A stretch of DNA of 64,000 nucleotides from Vicugna vicugna (Eukaryota): the NCBI GenBank assembly GCA_013265495.1, contig MU057744.1:2989370-3053369 (forward strand), written 5' to 3'. Made by a program: the position numbers and the translations under genes. Shown here one piece after another: positions 27,545 through 40,514 of the stretch. Under the pieces are notes generated by a model. That model worked only from the letters and a program-made list of their open reading frames with translations. It had not been told where the DNA came from and did no database searches. Numbering within the stretch: position 1 is the first letter of the stretch; every line of letters starts with the position of its first letter.

Positions 27545-27689
27545 GGGGGCAGGGTATGGCTCAGTGGTAGAGCTAGCATGTGCTAAGCACATGCACAAGG
27601 TCCTGGGTTCAATCCCCAGTCCCTCCATTAAAAAATAATAATACAAATAAATAACCCTAATTACCTCCCCCCGCAACAAGCAAACAAAA
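27545..27689 (+). mobile_element. Vic-1-type SINE, second of a tandem pair
   Basis: A box 'tggctcagtggtagagc', B box 'gggttcaatccc', body 'cctaattacctcccccc'. Confidence 0.85.
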
Positions 27690-28254
27690 AAGGACTTTTA
27701 TCTTTATAACCTCTTCAGTGTCAAGCGATCTGGAAGACTCGTGAGAACTGTCTGGACTGAACTTCGCTCGTGGCTGGGATCTTCGTGCTTTGAGATGGAA
27801 GCCGCCTTGGGGAATAGCGAGAGACGACGTGGGAGCCTCTCCAACTTGGCGTGTTAGCTCGGACAGTCCCTGACTTGGAAGGGATTTGGCTTCTGGATGT
27901 AGGAGATCACGTGCCAGTCCTCGTGTCATGCTTCTGAGGAGGAGCAGTAAAGGACTTTTGTAGCTCAGACGGAGATTCTTTCCAACCAGAAGGTCAGGAC
28001 TGGCCTTTCAGAGGAGACAGGATTCAAAGCTGGGTTTAAGAGGAGTTGCTCATGAGGTCACCCAGTGAACACCTACTAGGTACTCACTATAATGTGTACG
28101 TTAGGCCAAGAAGACCGTGTTGAGACAGGTAAGGCTGCACAAGGAGTTTGCAACAGTTTGGGGACAGGAGTTAAACTTGGGAAGGTAAACTGGGACCTTC
28201 ATGTGTGAGGCCGAGTGAAAGACTGTTTTGAGAAGAGAGAGTAGTGACGTCTCC

Positions 28255-29195
28255 ATCCCATGGGCTCCTCGTGAACCCTGATGCAGTCACCGCCGGCAGC
28301 AAGGGGTAGAGCCTGTGTCTCTTTGCCTTGAACCTGAGGAGACCTTTGTCGCCACCTTGACCAGTGGGTGAAGTGCAGGCAACGTCAGAAGTCACCAAGT
28401 CCAAACTCGTGCTGCTCATGGCACAGCAGGCCGAGAAACCGGGAGGCGAGGTGCTGGAGAAGGATAACAATTTTATTCAGAAGGTCAGCAGACTGAGAAG
28501 ACGGGGAACTAACGTCCTGGAGAACCACCTTCCCCAAGACAGGACTCAGGCTCTGTTTACACTGAAACGGGGGCAGGGTGTGGTGGTTGTTGCAGACTCC
28601 TTGGTGTTGGAATCCTTTGTTCTTGCAGCTGTCCACGCGGGTCAGGTCATGGTGCCCTGTATGAACCTCCAACAAGACAAGTGTTATTCTCTGTCCTGTA
28701 ACTTTTTATCTCAGTGTGGATGGGGAAGTGTTATACCCTTAATGGTCAGAGTCTTGAGACTGTTCTCCTGTGTATTTCAGGCTCCAGGCAACATCCTTTT
28801 ACAGAAGGTGCAGAACCAGCCCAGGAAACAGCACAGGGTTAGAGCCAAAGGAGCAGATCTAATATGGAGTCAGACTTGTTCTTCCCTGTTACACAGAGGC
28901 CAAGTCATAAAAATGACGTGCACTGCCACGTGTTCTCTTGACACGTTCATGCTAGGACCCCACCTCCCATGCTGTGAAGAATCCACACGGAGAGGCACCG
29001 AGACCCCTGCCCTCAGCCCCCCACTGAGCTCACAGCTGACAGCCAGCAGCTGGTCTACCGGCCCTGAGAGTAATGGGTCCTCCAGTCCTCAGGGAGCTGC
29101 TCTGGGTGGAGACAGCCATCCCCACTGAGCCCCGCCCCAGCTGCAGATCTGCGAGCAAAATAATAGATTGTTACTGGTTAGCAACTCCGTAGCAT
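28255..29195 (+). mobile_element. MaLR LTR (MLT1-type) interrupted by an ERV1-type LTR
   Basis: 5' part 'aaggggtagagcctgtgtctctttgccttgaacctgagg...cttgaccagt'; 3' part 'catgctgtgaagaatcca...cactgagccccgccccagctgcagatctgcgagcaaaataatagattgtt'. Confidence 0.6.
28390..28893 (-). mobile_element. Solo LTR, ERV1 (gammaretrovirus-like) class
   Basis: Minus strand starts TGTAACAGGGAAGAACAAGTCTGACTCCAT; AATAAA on the minus strand near 28470; 4-bp TSD caga at 28386-28389 and 28894-28897; ~500 bp long. Confidence 0.75.
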
Positions 29196-29199
29196 AATG

Positions 29200-29400
29200 G
29201 AGGTTAGTGATAATTAAATGGTTTCAAACTTTATTAATTATCAATATATATTAATATTCATTTGTAGTCTATATTCTGTTTGTGTGTAATTTATTTAACA
29301 TCTGTTTATTACTTCTTAACTAACATTAATTATTAATACATAGTTAATTATTAAATCATAGTTGATACTATACTGTATTATAATTGATAATCTTCATAAA
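29200..29400. repeat. AT-rich low-complexity tract
   Basis: Dense ttatta/attaat words in an otherwise GC-rich neighbourhood. Confidence 0.7.
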
Positions 29401-29429
29401 CCGTAGAAGAGTAATGACTGCAGATTTCA

Positions 29430-29600
29430 CTGTTTATCCGCTCTGTATTTGGGAAAGTCCCTGACCTCTTGGAAATGCTTGGCCTTGGTTTCTTCAGCTT
29501 GAAAGCTGGGGCCACGCCAGTACTCCCTCTGGGCGTTGTGAGACAGAAGTGGCATGAACGTTCGGGGACGTCCCTGGGACCCAGGAAGCCCTCAGGGCTG
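29430..29600 (+). mobile_element. MIR SINE fragment
   Basis: 'ctgtatttgggaaagtccctgacctct...gccttggtttcttcagcttgaaagctgggg'. Confidence 0.5.
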
Positions 29601-30969
29601 TTGTCATGATGACAGCGACACTGTTGGTGGCGACCTTGATGACGCTGGCGCGGCGAACACAGACCACCTTCACGCGGGGCTCCCTCGCTCCCTCAGGCTG
29701 TCAGGGGTATTTATGAGCCTCGCATGGGAGCAGACTAAAACCCACGGATTTAGGGAATCGGTCGTGTTTATTTTTGTGTGTCAGGCACAGCAGACAGAGC
29801 TTGTTGTACTGTTGAAGAACAGGGCTTAGAGTGAAAAGGATCGATTCTGTTTTGGACTTCAGGGGTTTAGGGTGTGAAGGGGATATCCCTATAATTTATA
29901 CAAAAGCCCCTGAAAATACGAGCTTTGTGCTCATGAGAAAAGCAGAGCTTTGAGTGATAACTGAAGACACCGTTGAGAAAATCTCCTTGGTGTGTGACTG
30001 TTAAGAATACCAGACAGAATTCAGTCATTATTTCAAGCACGAGCTACAGAGCCCCAGGCTGAAAATACGGATTCTGAGCCGGAAAACAGAGGAAGCGTTC
30101 CCAGAGAAGGGTCTCCTCTAACTCTTGGAGAGTCGCTGGAAGTAACTATCAATCATACCCAAACTTAGTTTCCAAAGAAAAGAATTACATCAGCTCTCCC
30201 CAAGTTAGTCTTCAGAGGAAGACGGGAGGTCAGGCTACACGTTTTCAGCTGGAGGGTAGCTGGCAGTTGGATGTGGAGGGAGTTCTCTGCAGTGAAATGG
30301 GGTCTCGAACTGTGTCCCTCATTATTTTCTGGAATTTTAGTGAATTACCATGAGTGTCAGATCTCATCAAAATATAGACAGCACGAGTAAGCACTAACTA
30401 GGGACACAGATGAAGTCCTTGTGTTGCGTTTATTTATGTTTTTAACTTCAGCACAAGCTCCACTGTGGCCCGGTTTTAATCATTTTTGCTTTCGTTGTTT
30501 GCAGTTTAATCCTGGTAATGTTCTTTCATCCTTCTGAGGTGCAGTGTAAAAGTGGTCTCGGTCCTTTTTCTCAACTCACCGAAGTCTGGCTTCTGCCTTC
30601 ACGATTTTACTTCAGGTCTAATAATCACCAGTAACCCCCCATTTATAATCCCAGTGGGCGCCGCATTCTCACAAAAAGGAATAGGAGCTTACTGTGAGGA
30701 CCAGAATGCTCCCCGTATGAGTGTCTATTTCTGGGGCATGAAAGTTTAAGTGCTGTGGCTCCTCGTGAACAAAGGCGACAGAGCTGAGTTAATCACCGGC
30801 TACAGTCACCTCTCCCCTGTGCACACTGCCATTCGAACAAAAAGCCACGTATCGAATTCTGTGGTACATGCCAATGCAGTCTTCTCCAGCGGGATCTGAC
30901 ACTTGACAAAGTAGGGAGACAATAAGGATTGTCTCGGAATTAACATTCGGGCACTCTTACATTTGATGT

Positions 30970-31056
30970 TTATTTTAGTCAGTTTCCAGTGTTGTGTCAG
31001 TTTCTGGCGCACAGCATAATGGTTCAGTCATCCATGTACATGCATACATTTGTTTA
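30970..31056 (-). mobile_element. Very short L1 3'-end fragment
   Basis: 'tagtcagtttccagtgttgtgtcagtttctggcgcacagcataatggttcagtcat' is homologous to other antisense L1 tails here. Confidence 0.6.
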
Positions 31057-31094
31057 TTAAAGACATCTGGGCTGCTTGTTTAAACCTCAGATTT

Positions 31095-31711
31095 TTTTTT
31101 TACTTTTTTATTTATTAAATTTTTTATTGAAATACAATCAGTTACAATGTGTCAATTTCTGGTATATAGCACAGTGTTCCAGTCATGCATATATATACAT
31201 ATATTTATTTTCATATTCTTTTTCATTAAAGGTTACGGCAAGATATTGAACATAGTTCCCACTGCTGTAGAGAAGAAATTTGGTTTTCTAATCTATTTTT
31301 ATATATAGTGGCTAACATTTGCAAATCTCAAACTCCCAAATTTATCCCTTCCTATCCCCTTTCCCAGTAACCACAAGATTATTTACTATGTCTGTGAGTC
31401 TGTTTCTATTTTGTGGATGAGTTCATAGTGTCCTTTTGTTTTTTAGATTCCACATATGAGTGATATCATATAGTATTTTTCTTTCTCTTTCTCTCTTACT
31501 TCAATTAGAATGACCATCTCTAGGTCCATCGATGTTGCTGCAAATGGCATGATTTCATTCTTTTTTATGGCTGAGTAGTATTCCATTGTATAAATATACC
31601 ACAACTTCTTTATCCAGTCATCTGTTGGACATTTAGGCTGTTTCCATGTCTTGGCTATTGTAAATAGTGCTGCTGTGAACATTAGGGTGCATGTGTCTTT
31701 CTGAATAAGAG
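31095..31711 (-). mobile_element. 5'-truncated LINE-1 3' end
   Basis: Antisense ORF2 C-terminus ([25 protein letters not shown]...WYIYTMEYYSAIKKNE) and 3' UTR; 14-bp TSD taaacctcagattt at 31081-31094 and 31712-31725. Confidence 0.95.
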
Positions 31712-33251
31712 TAAACCTCAGATTTCTAACTCTCACTCCAGATCTCCTCAGTTAGAACCTCGTGTTGAGGCCAATAAGCATAACAGTCAGTTCTGACTTT
31801 GGAGGTCCGGAAACGTAGTGCCACACTAAGCCTCAGAGTGTGTCCTTCCTCTTTCTTGGTAGAAACAGCTCAGGCCTCCCTCTAACCTGTGTGTGGGTTA
31901 CCTTTTCTAACATGCCTCTCTGAACTTCTTCCTGTGAACTTACTTTCTGCTCCAAAGCCCTTTCCTCCCCAAATTTTTAGTACCTTGGGACTTCCAAACA
32001 CATCAGACACGTTATCCTGTATGAAATTGAGTTGGCTCTTTTATTTATCCGAAAATATTTTCTCCTCTGTTTGTATTCCCCCTGGGTCTGCACTGTGAAC
32101 TCCACAGATACACAGGCAAGTGTGCGACGCTTCTATACGCAGCCCTGCAACTGAGCAAAGTGTTTGTGACACAGTGTGTGTTCCACATATAATTACTGAT
32201 AAATTGTCCCGTGACTCAGGTATCAAATGGGCCCTGTTGTGGCTCCAGTGCTGTCTGGGACTGGTTCTGTTGTGACAGAGGGTAAGTCACGCAATCTCCT
32301 TTTCCTCTGGCTTCTTCATCTGGTGAACTCTGTAGTCCTCAGGGCCCTTGCAGCTTTATGTTATGAGATGATGGTTTGGAAAATGTGAAAAAAAAAATCA
32401 GCTTGGCCTGAACTGTCAGTGGTGGAGAAAACTAGAAGAAGCAAGACTTTATTTCAAAAGAAACAACCCAAATAAAAATGCTGGATAAACAGTTAAGGGA
32501 GCAGGCCCCCACCTCACACCGTGTGAAGTCTCTCCAGTGCAACAGACACTTGTGGCACTGTCCGGACCAGGTGTCACAGTGATTGGGGATTTGCCCTGTA
32601 GCTCGGACACGAGAGCTTCGGAATGGAGCTACTGTTTACTTTGATGTCACTACACCAGCCAGTGAAAGTGTACAAGGGAGAATGCATGTAAGTGATTAAT
32701 ATTATTTTTTGATAAATATTATTTCTTGTTACCCTCTCTTCCTGGATGTGTGGTAGCAAGATTTTTTTTTTGACTCTTGAGTAATTACATATCCTCTTAT
32801 GATCTTGAAGTTCTCTTAATAAGTTCCATTAATGGGAATATGCAGTTACAGGCTATTTTCATTTCTATGAAGAAGAAATTAACCTAGAAATTTCTTCCAA
32901 CATCCATGCTTTTGACTCTGGGAAAATCTATATATAAAACACTTGCAAATGTTTCCCTCAGGGTGCACCTGGAGTTGGTTTCCATGTGATCCCTCCAGCC
33001 AGAAATTCACAAAATTCTGGGATCATGTGAAACCTTTCCTGTTAACAGAGAAACGTTGATACTGTAGGTGGCAGATAGAGACAGTTGGTTTTTTCCCCCA
33101 GAATGTCATGCTGTTCTGAATTTTATGTATCCTATAGCAATGTCTATGGGGACAACGTTTAGTATTTTCATGTATTTTAGAATAAATCCAGTGCATAAAA
33201 ATACATATATGTGCCTTTCTGAGCATGCATTTTGCTTTGGAATTGTGTGTT

Positions 33252-34661
33252 TTTTTAATTAAAGTTAATTTACAATGTTGTGTTAATTTCTGATGTACTG
33301 CATAACGATTCAGTTATACATATATGTATTCCTTTTCAGATTCTTTTTCATTATAGATTATTAGAAGGTATTGAACATAATTCCCTGTGTTGTGCAGTCA
33401 AAACTTGTTGTTTATCTATTTTATATACAGTTGTCAGTATCTGCAAATCTCTAACTCCCGATTTATCCGTCCCTACCCACTTTCCCCTCTGGTAACCATA
33501 AGTTTGTGTTCTGTCTGTGAGGCTGTTTCTGTTTTGTGGATGAGTTCATTTGTGTGGGTTTTTTTTTTAGATTCCAGATATAAATGATATCATGTGGTAT
33601 TTTTCTTTCGCCGTGTGGCTTCCTTCACTTAGAATAACAATCTCCAGGTCCATCCATGTTGCTGCAAATGGCATTATTTCATTCTTTTCTATGGCTGAGT
33701 AGTATTCCATTGGGTAAATATACCACAACTTCTTTATCCAGTCATCTGTCGATGGACATTTAGATTGCTTCCATGTCTTGGCTATTGTCAATAGTGCTGC
33801 TATGAACATTGGGGTGCAGGTGTCTTTTTGAATTAGAGTTCCCTCCAGATATATGCCCAGGAGTGGGATTGTTGGGTCATATGGTAACTTTTACTTTTAG
33901 TCTTTTGAGGAATCTCCATACTGTTTTCCATAATGGCTACACCAATTTACATTCCCACCAGCAGTGTAGGAGGGTTCCCTTTTCCTCACAGCCTCTCCAG
34001 CATTTGTCATTTGTGGACTTTTGAATGATGGCCATTCTGACTGGTGTGAGGTGATACCTCATTGTAGTTTTGATTTACATTTCTCTGATAAGTTGTGATA
34101 CTGAGCATTATTTCATGTGCCTATTGGCCATTTGTACATCTTCATTGGAGAAATGATTTTTTAGGTCTTCTGAATTTTTGGATTGGGTTGTTCATTTTTA
34201 TTATTAAGTTGTATGAACTGTTTATATGTTCTGGAAATTAATCCCTTGTCAGTGGCATCATTTGCAAATATTTTCTCCCATTCTGCAGATTGTTGTTTTG
34301 TTTTGCTTATGGTTTCCTTTGCTGTGCAAAAGCTTGTAAATTTAATTAGGCCCCATATGTTTATTTTTGCCTTTATTTCTACTGCCTGGGTAGACTGCCC
34401 TAGGAGAACGTTGCTAAGGTTTATGTCAGAGAATGTTTTGCCTATGTTTTCTTCTAGGAGGTTTATGGTGTTTGGTCTTATGTTTAAGTCTTTAAGCCAT
34501 TTTGAGTTTATTTTTTGTGGGACAGTGTGAGGGAGTGTTCTAATTTCACTGATTTACATGCCACTGTCCAGTTTTCCCAGCACCACTTGTCGAAGAGACT
34601 GTCTTTTCTCCATTGCACATTCTTGCCTCCTTGTTGAAGACTGACCATAGGTGTGTGAGTC
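33252..34661 (-). mobile_element. 5'-truncated LINE-1 (~1.4 kb)
   Basis: Antisense ORF2 C-terminus ([32 protein letters not shown]) and 3' UTR; 12-bp TSD gaattgtgtgtt at 33240-33251 and 34662-34673. Confidence 0.95.
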
Positions 34662-34879
34662 GAATTGTGTGTTGATGAGTTTTATTTGCTTAGTCAACAG
34701 TTGAAAAGTTTTAAGAAGTAAAATTTGTTTATCCCGTGTAAGAACAGAATTCTGAGATACCACAGAAAAAGCTGTGGTTTTCACTGAGGTTGATTTGTCA
34801 AAATACATCCTACTCCCAGATTATTAATTTAAGCCAACCCAGGTAACTCTATTTTTCCTACCAAATATTGGTTTATAAA

Positions 34880-35218
34880 AAGGCAGGTGCAGTGGCAGCC
34901 TTGAGACAGGAGCAGAATCAGCTGGGGACTCCTGCCAAGTGTTCTTGTTCGTTAGAAAGAGAGAGGAAGACATTGTTCCCTGTTCTTTCCCTGGGTGCTG
35001 AGGCAGGAAGATGCCGCAGCCGTCCTGTGGCCGTCACGGGGAAGCGAATGGCGCAGCCGCGAGATGGGGAGAGTTTGCCCCTCTCGTGGCATCAGTGGAC
35101 GGGACTGTGCCTGGAGCTCAGCTAACACCCTAGACTTCTTGTAACATCCGCTAATATATTTCAGCTGGGCTGAGTCTGGCTTTTCTTACCAGATGTTGGA
35201 AACCTCCTGACAGACAGA
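34880..35218 (+). mobile_element. Old MaLR LTR (MLT1I/J/K-like)
   Basis: MLT1-type 3' end 'ccctagacttcttgtaacat...gagtctggcttttcttaccagatgttggaaacctcctgacagaca'. Confidence 0.5.
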
Positions 35219-36774
35219 TAATGAAACCTTAGGTGTGAGGCAGAATAGACTAGGAGAACAAAATGAAACGACAGCCACGAAGATGGAATATTAACAAGAG
35301 AAACAACACTAAAGAAGCAGAATGAAATGTCCAAGAGCTAATCCAAGGAAAGTACTAGATGCAGCTAATGGAACAGTATTCAGTGCTGAGCACCACGTGG
35401 TCTGTGTGTGAAGCTTATGCATTCTGATGCAAGAAGCTAGAGAGCCGTGCTCATCAAATCACCTGCATTCGGTTTTATTTTAGTAGCGACCCTGTGGACA
35501 GGCTAGAACCATGGATGTCACTTTCCAGTAACACAGGTAATACATTTTAAAAATTAAGTATGTGCAGAGTAAGTCAGTTATCTGCAGCTGTGAGTTTATT
35601 CATCAGTTTCCATTCTTCTCGTAGTTATTTTCTCGTAGATACATTTAAGATCAAATCATTTTAAAGGTGACATTTGTAATTTGCTCTTGTAATTTTGCTA
35701 CTTTGTAACTGAAAGTAAATTCATTTTCTTCTGGTCAGATTAAGAGTTGTAAAGGGTTCAAAAATGAAAGTGTCAAATCTGATTTCTATGGTTATTTTTC
35801 TCCTTAAAAAATAAATTTCCAAAAAGATCAGATATGTCTATTCCATTTTTGCCTTTACTGTGTTAAATGATTTCAGCTGTGGGGGACTTAAAAAATAAAT
35901 CCAGCTCAATTAGTTTAGGAGCTGGACCAGATTATATTGGCAGAAGGGTTGGGAGCATTTTGGCCTGGCAGGTAACAAGTTAAATCTTTATTTTTATTAA
36001 ATTCAATTCCATGAAATCCAGACTGATACTTTCACATTTATTCCTGATCAGAATGAAACATGTTTCATGGGCGATCGAGAGAGAGAACAAAAGTTAAAGC
36101 GCTGCCATTGGCAAATCAATAACTCAAAGGAGCGAAATAAGCTTTTTGTAAGGTAATCAGAATTGGAATGAATGAGCACTTTGAATGTTTACTGCTAGTA
36201 TATTGTCAATTCATGCATTTAAAAGAGGAGTTTTATTGGAATATTCTACGTGGATCAGAGGGTTAAGACTGAGGGGAGGAAAGAGGGAACTGGGGATGGT
36301 TTGGGATGAGGATTTGGACTAGGATGTTGGCATGGTGACTGGATGGAAGGGATTGATGAGAGGTGAATTTTGCAAGCTTTTAGTTGCCTACCTGCCTTCC
36401 TCCCTCCCTCCCTTCTTTCCTTCCTTCCTTCTCTTTTTCCAGTGCCCCATTTTCTTGAAGATGTAACCAACATTCTAAGGGACCTCGCTTAAGGTGGAGG
36501 CATCAGCTCCATACCTTGTGCGGATCCAGGGCTTAACCTCTCTCCCTGAGAAAAATTCTTAGAATTAAGACTGTTGGTTGAGCAGAGAGGCCGGTGAGCA
36601 CCTGTGGTTCCCACCCACCCCCCAGCCCAGCAATACAGATGTCAGAGTCCCCCTACCCGAGGCTCGGTGACGTCTCTCATGTTGTGTGCGGTGAGCCGTG
36701 GAGTTGAGCGAGGCATGGTCTCATGCCCTTTCCAGCATTGATGGGATTTTATGTGTCAGGTCATATTTCTGATT

Positions 36775-36872
36775 TCAGAAATAGAGATTTTGGAAGTCAG
36801 TCCAATACCAGTTGATTTTCTAATCAGAAATCTTGATTTTGGAAGTTAGTCCAGTAGCCACTGATTTTCCAA
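36775..36872. repeat. Imperfect 49-bp tandem duplication
   Basis: tcagaaatagagattttggaagtcagtccaataccagttgattttctaa / tcagaaatcttgattttggaagttagtccagtagccactgattttccaa. Confidence 0.85.
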
Positions 36873-37434
36873 TGATCTGTTTTAAATGTTTCATAGGTAT
36901 TGTACAAATACAATGAAGGCAACAAAAAGGGCATACTGTTAGTCTTTTGGCATCTCAACCTGATCTGCTTTTTGGATCTTGATTAAATTAGCCTAAATTG
37001 GTCAGTTTTCATTTTGTTTTTGTTTGCTTAAATAACATAATTTTTTATTTATATATCCAGTGATCCTGGGTTTTTCCTATTTTCTACAAAGTTCATAAAC
37101 TGTCTAACCATTGGAAATAGAACATTTTCTATTAATTAGATGTATAAAATTCTAAATGTTTCAATTATCTTTTATAAGACATTCTCCTATTATTTAAGGT
37201 ATTAACTAACAAGTCCTGTCAAGTAGCCATGTAACAAATATTCGTGGCGGGGGGCAGAGACTGTCTGGGCACTAGGAGATTCAGTTGTCAATAGACTTCT
37301 CAGTATCACAGCACTTACATTCTTCCGGGGCAAGCGCATCATGCAGCTGTTTCAGTTTGAGTTTCTTTAATGATGGTACCTTTGGAAATTGTGCCTTAAA
37401 GTAAGGCTTACTGTGAGGTGCTCGGCTTGTTTTA

Positions 37435-39730
37435 GTTGGACTTTGTTCTTTAGATGAGCTTTAGGTTCACGGCAAAATGGAGGGGGAAGTGCAGAGAGTC
37501 CCCATACACCCAGCCTGCTGCCAGCATCCCCCACGAGAGTGACGAGAGGGTGAATCCGCGACCCTTGATGGACCAACGTGGACGCGTCATCACCCAGAGC
37601 CCTCAGTGCAGGGAGCTGGCTCTTGGACTTAGACATTCTGTGGGTTTTGACAAATGTGTAAGTTGTCCACCATCACAGTATCAGAGAGAGCAGTTTCACT
37701 GCCCTGGAAATCCACCCCATCGTCCTCCACTCCTTCCTTACCCCCAACAACTGCTAGCAGTTTGCTGTCTCCATGCCTTTAGTGTTTCAAGACTGCCGTA
37801 TAGTTGGAATCATACATACAGTATGTTGCCTCTTCAGATTGTTTCCTTCACTTAATAATGCACATTTTAGGCTCCTCCATGTCTTTTCCTAGCTCGATAG
37901 CTCATTTCTTTTTTAGCACTGAAGAATATTCCGTTGTCTGATGTACCACAATTTATTGATCCATTCTCTAACGGCATTTTGATTGCTTCCAAGTTTTGGC
38001 AGTTGTGAATAAAGCTGCTAGAAACATTCATGTGCAGAATTTTGCATGGACGTAAGTTTTCAACTGATGTGGTGAAAATACCAAGGAGTGCAATTGCTGG
38101 ATCCCGTTGTAAGAGGATGTTTAGTTTTGTAAAAAGCTGCTAAACTGTCTTCCGAAGCAGCTGTACCGTTTTGTGTTCTCACCAACAATGAATGAGAGTT
38201 TCTGTCGCTCCGCAGCCTCACCAGCATTTAGTGTTGTTGGTGTTTTGGGTTTCTGCCTATTTTTAATAGGTTTGCATCTTGTTCCCTAATCAGGGAGAAT
38301 GTCGAGCATCTTTCCAGATGCTTATTTTCCATCTGTATATCATTTTTGGTGAGGAGTTTGTTTGGGCCTTTTTTTTAATTGCTTTGTTCATTTTCTTATT
38401 GTTGAGTTTTAAGAGTTTTTTGCGCATTTTGGATAACAGTCCTTTACCAGGTGTATCTTTTGCAGACAATTTCTCCCAGTCTGTGGCCTGTCTTCTCATA
38501 CTCGTCATTCGTTTGTTTGTTTGTTTACCGATTCACAGCGCTGTGTTAGTTTCTGGTGCATAGCACAGTGGTTCAGTTGCACACATCCACAGCTCTTCTT
38601 TTTCACACTCTTTTCCGTTGTAGGTTATCACAGGACGCCTTCTCATGCGCTTGACAGGCCTTCACAAAGTAAAAGCCTTAACTCTAACGAGGTCATGCCT
38701 GCCAATTACTTCTTCCTGAACTGTGCAGTTGGTGTTGTATCTAAAGTCAGCTGTCGTGCCTGAAGTCATCTAGGTTCTCGCCTAAGTTATCTTCTAGGAG
38801 TTTTACAGTTTTGCATATTAAATTTAGGTCTGTGACCCATTTTGTGTTTGTGAAGGGTGTAACATCTATGTCTAGATTTCTTCTTTTTGGCATGTGGATG
38901 CCCGGTTGTTACAGTGCTATTTGTTGAAAAGACAGTCTTTGCTCATTTGTCAGAGGTCAGTTGACTCTGTGTGGTCTGCTTCTTGGCTCTTTGCATCTGC
39001 TCCATTGATCCATTTGTTCTTTCTCCAGCACCACACTGTCTTGTTTGCTGTGGCTTCGTAGTCAGTCTGAAGTCAGGTAGGGTCAGTTTTCCGACTTTGG
39101 TCTTCAGTAGTTAGCTCTCTGTTCTGGGTCGTCTGCCCCTCCATCTGTAAACTGTAGAGTCTGTTTGATGATATCTGTGAAATAACGTGCTGGGATTTTG
39201 ATTGGAATTGTGTTGAATCTATAGATCAAGTTGGGAAGAGTGGACATCATGACAACATTGGTTCTTCCTCTCCATGGACATGAAATATCTGTTAGGTCTT
39301 CTTATTTCATGCACCCAGATTTGCAGTTTTTCTCACGCAGATCTTGTATTTTTAAAATAAACATATACCAAAGTATTTCACTTCCGGTACTAACGTAAGT
39401 AGTATTTTGTCTGTACTTTCAAATTCTGTTTGTTCATTGCTGATACATAGGAAAGTGATTAACCTTTGTGTGTTAACCTTGAATCCTGTCACCCTGATAT
39501 AATCACTTACTATTTGTACAGAAGTTAAATTATTCTGCTGAATATTCTATAATCATGTCATCTGCAAACAAAGTTTTATTTTTCCCTTCCCTGCCTGTAT
39601 GCCTTTTAGCTCCTTTCACTTTAAATTGCAGTAGCTAGGACTCCCCGTGGAATGTTGAAAAGGAGTGGTCAGAGGGGACCTCCTCGGCTTGTTCCAGATC
39701 TTACTGGGCAAGCTACTGGTTTTTCATAAG
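37435..39730 (-). mobile_element. Older L1 (L1MC-like) 3' UTR + ORF2, ~2.3 kb
   Basis: Antisense ORF2 remnants (RRQATDWEKLSAKDTPGKGLLSKM); L1MC-type 3' end 'tttaggttcacggcaaaatggag...gtgcagagagtccccatacaccc'; carries a short younger L1 tail at ~38508-38636. Confidence 0.85.
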
Positions 39731-40344
39731 GCCCTTTTTTTAAGCTGATGTTGAGCGGTTTCTATGTGCAGAATTTAAGTATTTTACATGCATCTGTTAT
39801 TTCAGTTCTCAAAGCTGACTACTCTCTGCTGGACTTGATCAAGAAGAAAATTGCAGGCGGAAGCATTCCGCTATTTGGTGTTGGACCATGGCAGAAATAA
39901 AATATTGAAATTCACAAGCCTCAATTCATCATAAAATCCTCTCTGAACCCAAATATCACCCCCAAAATGAAGGTGAAAATTATCCCATTGAATTTTTGAG
40001 AACTTACAAGTATTTTCCCTTGTCAGCATCACCTATTTCGGAGTAAATAACAGAAATATGAGTAAATATAACGTTGAATATGTGTGGAAATAGACTGATT
40101 TTTCTCCATCAGTATGTATATTTTAACTGGCCATATTTTAATGCTTAAAGTGTTGCCAGTGTTTGATAATTATATATACTTTCCTAAAAATAAACTAAAT
40201 ATTCAAATTTCAAGTTCTTTAAAGTGCCTATTAAATAATTAATAAAAGTTTTATCTAAAAAGTGGAGAAGACTTCGGGTGGCTTCCAAATTGTGTATTGA
40301 CTTTACAAATAGAGTGAGATTTAAAAATATATATATATATATAC

Positions 40345-40514
40345 ACTGTATAGCACAGGGAAATATACACAAAATGTTATGATAAATCACAGAGAAAAAA
40401 ATGTGACAATGAGTGTGTATATGTCCATGAATGACTGAAAAATTGTGCTGAACACTGGAATTTGACACAACATTGTAAAATGATTATAAATCAATAAAAA
40501 ATGTTAAAAAAAAA
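40345..40514 (+). mobile_element. LINE-1 3' UTR end with poly(A)
   Basis: Homologous to 6950-7100; preceded by a (TA)n run. Confidence 0.85.

Noticed and set aside
28364..29128. Longest ORF in the window (254 aa)
   Set aside because: Non-ATG start, antisense to an LTR, crosses LTR/MLT1 junctions, no recognisable domain
32538..32687. Exon-like interval between ctctccag and cat|gtaagt
   Set aside because: All three frames contain a stop and no partner exons were found
39800..39900. Acceptor-like site followed by a short protein-looking frame (LKADYSLLDLIKKKIAGG...)
   Set aside because: About 30 codons, unrecognised, with no upstream exons to join
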